A stretch of 64,000 nucleotides of DNA, from the NCBI GenBank assembly GCA_951406725.2, contig OX597837.1, positions 23,994,001 through 24,058,000 of the forward strand, read 5' to 3'. Shown piece after piece: positions 54,156 through 64,000 of the stretch. This DNA is from Octopus vulgaris. Taxonomy: Eukaryota. The notes below the pieces were generated by a model. It was not told the DNA's origin and ran no database searches. It saw only the letters and a program-made list of their open reading frames with translations. Each line of letters begins with the position of its first letter. Position 1 is the first letter of the stretch. Both the position numbers and the translations under genes were made by a program.

Positions 54156-54235
54156 ATACATATATATGTATATATGTATACATATATATATGTATACATA
54201 TATATGTATGCATATCTATGTATATACGTACACAT

Positions 54236-55020
54236 ATCATCATCATCATCATCATTTAGCGTCCGTTTTCCATGCTAGCATGGGTTGGACGGTTTAACTG
54301 GGGTCTGTGAAGCCGGAAGGCTTCATCAGCCCCAGTCAGATTTGGCAGTGTTTCTACAGCTGGATGCCCTTCCTAACGCCAACCACTCCGTGAGTGTAGT
54401 GGGTGCTTTTTATGTGCCACCTGCACAGGTGCCAGACAGAGCTGGTAAACGGCCACGAACGGACGGTGTTTTTACGTGCTACCGGCACGGGGGCCAGGCG
54501 AGGCTGGCAACGGATACGAGCGGATGGTGCTTTTACGTGCCAACGGCACGGGGGCCAGGCGAGGCTGGCAACGGACACGAACGGATGGTGCTTTTACATG
54601 CTACCAGCACGGGGGCCAGGCGAGGCTGGCAACGGACACGAGCGGATGGTTCGCTTAACCACAGCTGCAATTTCCACTGATGTTGATTTGGTTGTATTTT
54701 GACTGTTCTCACTGGTCTTGACAGGTCTTCTCACGCACAGCATACTTCCATAGGTCTCGGTCTCTAGTCATTTCCTTGGTGAGACCTAAAGTTCGAAGGT
54801 CGTGCTTCACCACCTTGTCCCAGGTTTTCCTGGGTCTACCTCTTCCACAGGTTCCCTCAACTGCTAGAGTGTGGCACTTTTGCACGCAACTATCTTCACC
54901 CATTCTCATCACATGCCCATACCAGCGCAGACGTCTCTCTTGCACACCACAACTGATGCTTCTTAGGTCCAACTTTTCTCTCAAGGTACTTACACTCTGT
55001 CGATTATGAACACTGACATT
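54236..55020 (-). mobile_element. RTE LINE 3' end: ORF C-terminus + 3'UTR subrepeats + (GAT)n tail
   Basis: [37 protein letters not shown]. Shows that the many (GAT)n-tailed repeats in the window are RTE 3' ends. Confidence 0.92.
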
Positions 55021-55397
55021 ACATGTGTATGTGTTTATATGTATATATATATATGTGAACATATATATGTTTATATATATGTATACATATATATATATAT
55101 GTATACATATATAAGTATACATATATATATATATATGTATACATATATATGTATATATGTATACATATATATGTATGTATGCATACATATATATGCATGT
55201 ATGTAAATACATATATATATGTGTATATATATATGTGTGTATATATTTATATATATATATATATGTATATATGTATATATATATGTGTATATATATATGT
55301 ATATATGTATATGTATATATATATAAATATATATATATATATGTATGTATATATACGTATGTATGTATGTATATATACGTATGTATGTATATATACG

Positions 55398-55430
<33 letters not shown>

Positions 55431-55683
55431 GTATATATATATATATATGTATATATATGTATATATATATATGTATATATTTGTATATATCTATATATAT
55501 ATGTATATATATGTATGTATATATATATATGTATGTATATATATGTATATATATATGTGTATATATATGTATATATATATGTATATATATATGTATATAT
55601 ATGTATATATATATATGTATATATATGTATATATATATATATGTATATATATATATGTATATATATATGCGTATATATAAATA

Positions 55684-55722
<39 letters not shown>

Positions 55723-55790
55723 GCGTATATATATATATATATACATGTATGTATGTATGTATATTTATATATATACATATATATGTACAT
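55021..55790. repeat. Long degenerate (TA)/(TATG) microsatellite
   Basis: Directly visible. Confidence 0.95.
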
Positions 55791-56789
55791 TTTTTCAACT
55801 ATGGAGCCATCTCTTTACCATATGATTCTGGTGCTTTCCCCCCCCCCCCCCATCTAGCCATTCTATGTTTAAAACTAGTTCCATAGAAATTTCTTTCAAG
55901 ATATCTATTTTGTTATTCACAAATTCATTTGCATTGGTCGAATTGTGTAAAACATTAGAGGAAAAAAAACTTTGCTGCTTCTTGCAATAAATACGTCTAA
56001 AGCAAAATTTTTCATGGACCCTTAAAACACTACTGTGGATCCCCCGTTTGCTATTTCGTTTGCGTCGACCCCCACCCCCTGTTGTTATACGGATCCTGTT
56101 TGAGAACCACTGAAGTATCGGTGCCTTACGAATGAACCAAGGGGAGGGAATTAAGAACATAAGGGGAGGTAATGCTGAACAACTCTTTGCATTCTTTAAA
56201 ATTTATTTTTCTCCTTCCCACTTACTTTTCTCTTTACATAAATATATAAAATAAACACTTATAAAATATTTTTAACAAACTATCTGCCATGCTGACGTAG
56301 TTTTGGAATGAACTGTTTATCATTTTCTCTCTTGACGTAGCTCTAAAAGATTTCGCCATGTAATGCAGGGGAGGTAACTCTGTCCCTCTTGGCTTGTGTA
56401 GTTTCGTTTCAGATTCTTTTGTTTTTGTGGGATGTTTCGTCTTTTGTTTTGTTTTATTTTTTTTTACCAAAACTATATTTTTACTGCCGTTAGATAAGTG
56501 GTTGTGTATCTCCGGCCAGCATGTCTGACGTGTCGCCTATTTTTCCTAAGTGCTATATAAGTAATCTCACCATGCGGTGTCTGTAAATTAAATTGGTTTG
56601 AACGGCAGCCAAAACCTAAACATCTGTATCCATACAACTTGATGCATTATTCTTAATTAACGGTACTTGAAGCCATATTTTCCGAAAGTTTGGTTTCCTG
56701 TGGTACCTTTTCTCAGCTAAGGCCACATGCACAACACATTGCCTTGTCATCTGACTGTTACACACTTCTGATCTTTTATGTGCACTTGT

Positions 56790-57632
56790 ATCATCATCAT
56801 TATCATCATCATTTAACGTCTGTTGTCCATGTCCATTAGTTGGACGGTTTGACTGGGCTGGAAGGCTGCACCAGACTCCAGTCTGATTTGGCATGGTTTT
56901 CTACAGCTGGATGCCCTTCCTAACGCCAACCACTCCAAGAGTGTAATGGTTGCTTTTACGTGCCATCAGCATGGGTGCCATTTGCGTGGCACCGGTATCT
57001 GCCATGACTGTGATTTTGCTCAGCTTGATGAGTCTTCTTCTCAAGCATGACATAATGCCAAAGGCCTTGGTCGTTGCTTCCATGAGACCCAACGCTCAAA
57101 AGGTGCTCAGTCACTTTGCCTCCATGAGGCCCAACACTCAAAAGGTGCTCAGCCACTTTGCCTCCATGAGGCCCAACACTCAAAAGGTGCTCAGCCAATT
57201 TGCCTCCATGAGGCCCAACACTCAAAAGGTGCTTGGCCACTTTGCTTCCATGAGGCCCAACACTCGAAAGGTGATCGGCCACTTTGCCTCCATGAGGCCC
57301 AACACTCAAAAGGTGCTCAGTCACTGCCTCCATGAGGCCCAACACTCAAAAGGTGATCGGCCACTTTGCCTCCATGAGGCCCAACACTCAAAAGGTGCTC
57401 AGTCATTGTGCCTCCATGAGGCCCAACACTCAAAAGGTGCTCAGCCAGTTTGCCTCCATGAGGCCCAACACTCAAAAGGTGCTCAGTCATTGTGCCTCCA
57501 TGAGGCCCAACACTCAAAAGGTTCTCAGCCAATTTGCCTCCATGAGGCCCAACACTCAAAAGGTGCTTGGCCACTTTGCCTCCATGAGGCCCAACACTCA
57601 AAAGGTTCTCAGCCACTTTGCCTCCATGAGGT
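56790..57632 (-). repeat. RTE 3' end whose 5' side is a 42-bp minisatellite (~13 copies, 57075-57632)
   Basis: Unit gcctccatgaggcccaacactcaaaaggtgctcagccacttt, contiguous with the RTE C-terminus and tail. Confidence 0.88.
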
Positions 57633-58179
57633 TTGTGGTTACAGGTATTGATAACATTCATTCTCCCTTTTCTCATTAGGCAGTATTCAACTCACCTTAC
57701 GCACTTGTATATATATGTATATATAAAAACAATAGTAACTTGCAGATGGAAATTTATAGGCTTTATTAAGGCATCATAACATGTTTCTACACCCCACGAA
57801 TTCATTAGGTAACAATTTTCCATATTCATAAAATAGGCTATCGCCCAAACAAGACTAGAGGTCATCATCATCATCATCATCGTCGTCATTGTCGTTTAAC
57901 GTCTGTTTTCCATGCTGGCATGAGTTGGACGGTTTGACTGAAGACTGGCAAGCCAGTAAGCTGCACCAGGCTCCAATCTGATGTGGCAAGGTTTCTACAG
58001 CTGGATGCCCTTCCTAATGCTAACCACTCCGAGAGTGCAGCAGATGCTTTTTACATGCCACCGTCACGAGAGCCAGTCAATGGGTGGGTGGGAAGCTCTG
58101 GCATTGGCCACGTTCAGATGGTGTTTTTTACTGTGGCCATGCAGGAGCACCACCTTGAAACATATATACATTTATATAT

Positions 58180-58443
58180 ATCTGTAAAATAATATGTGAC
58201 AATTATTCAATAGCCAAGATAAAACTCTGAGTTTCGGATGCCGAGGTGGAAATCCACAACACCATCTCTTCGGTTATCTGGCCATCTCCACAACACCATC
58301 TCTTCAGTTATCTGGCCATCTGAAAATAATGTTTCAGATGGCCAGATAACTGAAGAGATGGTGTTGTGGATTTCCACTTCGGCATCTGAAACTCAGAGTT
58401 TTATCTTGGCTATTGAATAATTGTCACATGTTATTTTACAGAT
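58180..58443. repeat. Fold-back inverted repeat (Penelope pseudo-LTR type) ending ~110 nt before the CPOX exon 4 acceptor
   Basis: Arms centred at ~58326-58331; the left arm has an extra ~33-bp duplication. Confidence 0.9.
58341..58410 (+). ncRNA. Type I hammerhead motif with palindromic stem III (dimer type)
   Basis: gccagataa-CTGAAGA-gatg...catct-GAAA-ctc-a-gag-TT-ttatcttggc. Confidence 0.6.
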
Positions 58444-58555
58444 AAATTTCCTCTATTTACATAATATTGAGGTCTCTTTCTTTCTTTTGTTATCTTAACG
58501 TTTTTACCAATACATTTTATATATATATATACAAATCTTCGTTTTATAATTTCAG

Positions 58556-58622
58556 AGGCAAAGACCTAAGTGATTCCCCTCTGCCATTCTTTGCTTGTGG
58601 TGTCAGTTCTGTTGTACATCCT
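58556..58622 (+). CDS. CPOX: CPOX internal exon ((R)GKDLSDSPLPFFACGVSSVVHP)
   Basis: ttcag acceptor, CCT|gtaagt donor. The phase-2 junction completes AGA. Matches the conserved LPFxAxGVSSVxHP motif. Confidence 0.95.
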
Positions 58623-58665
58623 GTAAGTATATCTACAAGTCTAAATATATTCATGCATATACATA

Positions 58666-58721
<56 letters not shown>

Positions 58722-58751
58722 TCAAAATAAAAACATGATTCAAAGGATTTA

Positions 58752-58839
58752 GCGGTACATATGTTTCGGGCCTTTATTAGACGGCTTTATAACAATGCAT
58801 AATTGATGTAAATGTGTGTCTATGGCCTTCTTCAGCCAC
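58752..58839 (-). ncRNA. Type I hammerhead motif with long stem II and palindromic stem III
   Basis: gtgg-CTGAAGA-aggcc-a-tagac...gtcta-ataa-aggccc-GAAA-catatg-TA-ccgc on the minus strand. Confidence 0.65.
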
Positions 58840-59098
58840 GTACAATTACTACTTCAAGGACATATATTACATTATAAGTTTTACGTTGGGGATGCAAATC
58901 CTCATAGTCACGTACGACAGAGTGGGGCACCAACACGAAATCGAAGCGTCCATCCCGCTTTTGACTCGATGTATATATATATACAACTAATGTAGGATAA
59001 AATTTTTTTCGAGAAAAAAAAAATTTTATCAATGGCCAGCATATCAAAAAATACCTTTAATTTATTTTAAATTTATTTATAAATTTAACCTTTAAGGG

Positions 59099-59139
<41 letters not shown>

Positions 59140-59326
59140 ACACATACATACACATGCATTCAGTCATGTTACAGTTTACATACGTTTTTTCCATGCTAGC
59201 ATGGACTGGAGATATATATATTACTGAGCCATTGTTTCTTAAAGAGATGCCCTTCCTGCTGCTTAACATTACACATTTTCCAGGCAATGAATTTTTGTTT
59301 TTATCCTACTTGTATTTCTGAAGCAC

Positions 59327-59360
<34 letters not shown>

Positions 59361-60398
59361 GCCCTGATGCAATACCAGGTACTAGCTCTCATGGGTTCTG
59401 ATCTAAACTCATTGAAAATGTTATCATGTATATGTTGTCTTGGCATAAAAGATAGGCTACAGCAAGTATTCTGCTCAATATTGCAGATTTGCTTGTCAGT
59501 TGTTTGACCTTAACCAGTTGAGCATATCCCTTAGTGGCTGATATGTGCATCTCTGATCACAAGCAGGAGTTGTGAGGAGAGCATCATGACCATGTTTTGA
59601 GAGGAATTCTTTGAGGTTTTAATAATTCACTTCTAGAAACATGTGTGATTTGTTCAAAATCCTTAAACTGCCCTTATTCAGGGACCTTTCGTACAGGATG
59701 GGCTACTCGACCAGAAGAAAATTCTAACTGGGCCCCACCTGCAAGGTAATGTGCTGTTGATCTTGATATGAGATCACCATGTCACGCACATATGGTTGTG
59801 ATGCATGTGCCCGGTGTACCCTTATCAGACGGGTAGTCATGATGGGTATACTGGGCTTCGTATATTTGTTCCCCAGTGTCACTTTGATGGCATGTGCTGC
59901 TCTCTCACTCAATAATAATAATATTATTGCCAGTCCTCACTCAGTAATAATAATACTTTCTACTATAGGCACAAGGCCTAAAGCTTTTGGGAGAGGGCAC
60001 TAGTCAATTAAAATGACCCCAGTGTTCAACTGGTACCTATTTTATTGATCTTGAAAGGCTGGAGGGCAAAGCTGACCTCAGATGAAATTTGAACTCAGAA
60101 CATGGATGAAATGCCTTTAAGCATTTTTCCCGGTGTCCTAACAATTCTGCCAGCTCACTAGCTTGAACAATAAATAATATTAATAATAATAATAATCCTG
60201 AAATTTAGTGTGAGGGAGCTAGTCGATTAAATCAACCACAGTACTCAACTGGTACTTATTTAATTGACTCCAGAAGGATGGAAGGCAAATTAGACCCCAG
60301 CAGAATTTGAACTCGGAACATGAAGACAAATGAAATGCTGCTAAGTATTTTTATCAGCATTCTAACAATTCTGCCAGCTCGCCACCTCTCTTGTTTTG

Positions 60399-60448
<50 letters not shown>

Positions 60449-60459
60449 CACCATGATCA

Positions 60460-60758
60460 CCATGACTGACCAGGCTATCAGATGTTGCTGCACATCGCTG
60501 GTCACAATGCGCTTTGTATTGTTTTAGCCTTCAAATGACGCCACCCCGCTGGCTAAGTGAGCAGGCCAACAGAAGAAAAAGTGAGAGAAAGTTGCGGTGA
60601 AAGAGTACAGCAAGGATCGCCATCACTCCCTGCTGGAGCCTAGTGGAGCTTTAGGTCTTTTCACTCAATAAACACTCACAACACCCGATCTGGGAATCGA
60701 AACCGCAATCCTATAACCGCAAGTCCACTGCCCTGACCACTGGGCCATTGTGCCTCCA
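60460..60758 (-). mobile_element. SINE family B variant (same tail as 5300-5600)
   Basis: Family match. Confidence 0.75.
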
Positions 60759-60771
60759 CACACACACACAC

Positions 60772-60802
<31 letters not shown>

Positions 60803-60821
60803 CTTTATTTTAAGCTTTATT

Positions 60822-60855
<34 letters not shown>

Positions 60856-62219
60856 TTTATTTTAAGCTTTATTTATTATATATATATATATATATATATA
60901 CTAGCTGAAGGTGACCCGCTCTACGCGCGGGTAAGAGTGTGGGTGTTACTTTCTGTTGCTTCCTTTCAGCACATAAAAAGCACCATCCGAACGTGGCCGA
61001 TTGCAGCACCGCCTTGACTTGCTTCTGTGCCAGTGGCACGTAAAAAGCACCAACCGATCGTTGCCACTGCGAGCCCCCCTGGCACCAGAGTGGTTGGCGT
61101 TAGGAATATCATCCACCTGTAGAAACACTGCCAGATCAGACTGGAGTCTGGTGCAACCTCCTGGCTTCCGAGACCCCGGTCACACTGCCCAACCCGTGCT
61201 AGCACGGAAAACGGACGTTAAACGATGATGATGATGATGATTCTCCGTATTTGTTTCTCTCTCCTTTCTCTCTCACTTTCCCACTCTCTTACTTTTCTTT
61301 TCTCTCGGACTCTCCCTCGCTTTCTCTTACTCTCTATCTTTATCTATCTCTCTCCCATTTATAAACAACAGAAGATCTTGAGTAAGTTGAGAAATAAAAT
61401 ATTTAGAAAGATCAATCAGAAATATGAGGCAGTGGCAATAGAAAGGTCTGCTTCAAGGCAGACAGCAAAACGCTAACATTTAAAAGGGACAGACGAACTT
61501 GCGAGCTGAATAAAAATAATAAAATATTGGAAACCAAAGTTTGAAGGGATAGAATCTGAGGATAGTAGAGTCACCATGGCTGGCATTTGTTAACGACGGA
61601 CAGCAACGTAGTGACAGTTTAACGGCTGGCGTAAAATTTTGAACTTGATGTAAAAGAAAATTCGTAAACACCAAGTTTTGAAGTGATTCTTTCTCACGAC
61701 AGTAGACTCACCATGGCAAGCATTCAAAACTTCTTTATCATGGACGGCAACACATTGACGATTAAAAGGCTGGCGCAAATTTTTTAGCTTGATGTAACAG
61801 AGAATTCCTAAACACCCACTCCTAGAAATTTTAATCCCCTTCCAGCCCCATTTAGACCCCTTTTCACATTTTGGTTAATATAACCCGATTTCATTCGGGT
61901 CTACTGGGGCCACATTTTATAAGATGAGGAATTTTGTCCTAGAGGTGACGCCTTTCATTTGAGGAACAAAATAGTTGTCATGCAAACTTGTCAGCACCTT
62001 TAACATAGGTGTGCATATTTTCAGCTGAATCGACCGACTACGTAATGCACACATTATATATATATGTGTGTGTGTGTGTGTGCACGCATTATATATACAA
62101 ATGTATACAAATGAGATATATATCTGTATAAATTAAATTAGAGATAAAACCACTAATAGGCAAATCAAACAGTGAAAAAACAAAAACATAAAAAAAGGAA
62201 ATATAACATAGAAAATATA

Positions 62220-63108
62220 TCTATATATATAAAACTGTTGTTGTGTGAGTGTCTGTCCCCTTCGATTTAGATTCCTAACTACTCGCACATTTTGCGGTGC
62301 AGTTTAACCAAATTCGGGTATCTTATAGTCGTGATTCATATCGAGCCCGTCTGGCTATTAGCGCGCGTCTACGATGAGTCAACGATTTTAAAAATAATTT
62401 AACATCATTTTTTATTCCATTTTAATGCATAATTTTTCGTGTGTCGATGGCGGCGGAGTTGGCGTCCACGCTCACATCTGCACCTGTTTGCTTCTCCCTC
62501 GTGAAGCTGTGGGGAAGGGAGTGTAAGGAAATCAACGTTGTAAAGCGTTGTCAAGGAGACCAGCGTTCTTTTAGAACAACGACTTCATGGCTTCATTACC
62601 ATCACTTTTTATTCCATTTTTAATGCATTTTTTTGCTATAACTCTCTAAAAATGCTTTATAGTTATTTCCCTTACAAACCCGAGCAACGCCGGGCGATAC
62701 TGCTAGTCTTTATATATAAAAGTAAGGTTGTGTGTCTGTCTCCTACGATTTAGATTCCTAACTACTCCCACATTTTGCAGTGCAGTGTAACCAAAACCGG
62801 GTATCTTATAGTCGTGATTCATATCGAGCCCTTCTGGGTATTAGCGCGCGTCTACGATGAGTCTACGATTTAAAAAAAAATTTACTATCATTTTTTATTC
62901 CATTTTTAATGCATTTTTTGCTATTATATAAGGGAAGTAACTCTCTAAAAATGTCTACGATGAGTCAACGATTTAAAAAAAAAATTACTATCATTTTTTA
63001 TTCCATTTTTAATGCATTTTTTGCTATTTTTTTTTGCTATAACTCACTAAAAATGCTTATATAGTTATTTCCCTTACAAACCCGAGCAACGCCGGGCGAT
63101 ACTGCTAG
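62220..63108 (+). mobile_element. Head-to-tail dimer of a short non-autonomous Helitron (62220-62706, 62707-63108)
   Basis: a|TC...cccgagcaacgccggg..CTAG|TC...cccgagcaacgccggg..CTAG|t. Confidence 0.85.
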
Positions 63109-63254
63109 TAAAATATAAAATTGAAAACTTTAAATTATTTAAATTGAAAATAAAAATTATTAAATTATATTTATAATTTGTTTAAAAATATATATAACTA
63201 TGAAAAAGTATGAAAAAGTTTAATATACATAAATACAGATATATACACTTTGTA

Positions 63255-63500
63255 TATATACATTATATATACATATTTATATATAGAACACACACACACA
63301 CACACACACATACATTATATATACATATTTATATATAGAACACACACACACACACATACATTATATATACATATTTATATATAGAACACACACACACACA
63401 CACACACACATACATTATATATACATATTTATATATAGAACACACACACACACGCACATACATTATATATACATATTTAGAACACACACACACACACATA
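63255..63500. repeat. ~50-bp tandem repeat containing (CA)n, 5 copies
   Basis: tacattatatatacatatttatatatagaacacacac units. Confidence 0.85.
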
Positions 63501-63914
63501 TAAATGAACGCAAGAATATCTGATTCATAATATTTGTTCTCATGCTCGTGTGTTGTTTGTTGGTGACAGACATATACTTAAAAGAACACCGCCGAAGTGA
63601 TAGGAAGGTAGGAAACAGAGTCAGTGAAAAAGAAAGGAAATAGCGATAGTGACAGATACTTTAAATAACCGTAGTGGACTTCTGAAAGTTATGAAGAGGA
63701 GTAAGAGAGGGAAAGGAGGAAATAGGGTGAGTGAGGAAGATGGCCCCTAGCAACCACACCTTTTAAGATAGGGATTTCTAAGGTAGCCCACGCGCATCGT
63801 CACCTCATTCTACATGTCCCTGTAAATTTTGGAGCGAATCGGACGGGATGTAGTGGCATTGAAAGCGAACCAAGCGGTAAAAACGCAATTCAGTTTTATA
63901 TATAGAGATATATA

Positions 63915-63949
<35 letters not shown>

Positions 63950-64000
63950 TTTATTTTAAGCTTTATTTATTATATATATATATATATATATATGTATACT

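Larger units (their letters stand above)
60901..63908 (-). mobile_element. Non-autonomous Helitron carrying an RTE tail (60968-61240) and nested Helitrons
   Basis: Minus strand a|TCtctatatataaaa...hairpin cccgcgcgtagagcggg..CTAG|t; inserted in a TA-rich array. Confidence 0.7.

Noticed and set aside
51280-55020. Twin-priming inversion of a single RTE element
   Set aside because: The pieces are tail to tail, the wrong geometry for a 5' inversion; more likely independent insertions.
52615-55886. Long Ile/Tyr-rich ORFs (also 16154-16779, 40585-41137, 43831-44356)
   Set aside because: Translations of TA/TG microsatellites, open in most frames.
58623-64000. Next CPOX exon (NPxxPTxHFNYRYF)
   Set aside because: Not found by eye; presumably beyond the window.

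Overview
AT-rich, repeat-dense eukaryotic DNA. The SINE families and microsatellite style suggest a coleoid cephalopod, probably Octopus (inference). The only host gene I can support is coproporphyrinogen III oxidase (CPOX/hemF) on the + strand: four short internal exons (274-324, 22400-22474, 48346-48470, 58556-58622) with GT-AG introns of 22,075, 25,871 and 10,085 bp, splicing in frame to [106 protein letters not shown]. The gene begins before and continues after the window. The rest is intron filled with three tRNA-derived SINE families, RTE-type LINE fragments and 3' tails, R4/Dong-like, Penelope, Gypsy and Tc1/mariner remnants, TTAA MITEs, Helitrons and micro/minisatellites. Nearly all ORFs in the track are repeat artefacts. 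Most notable: (1) about seven type I hammerhead-ribozyme motifs of the Penelope/retrozyme kind, one near-canonical on the CPOX sense strand (53895-53945) and two flanking exon 4; (2) a palindromic element joining tRNA-like Pol III heads to hammerhead tails; (3) long fold-back inverted repeats that would form dsRNA in the pre-mRNA; (4) a GC/CpG-rich ~354-bp tandem repeat inside a Gypsy integrase; (5) a head-to-tail Helitron dimer nested in another Helitron. All calls were made by eye without database searches, so repeat boundaries are approximate.
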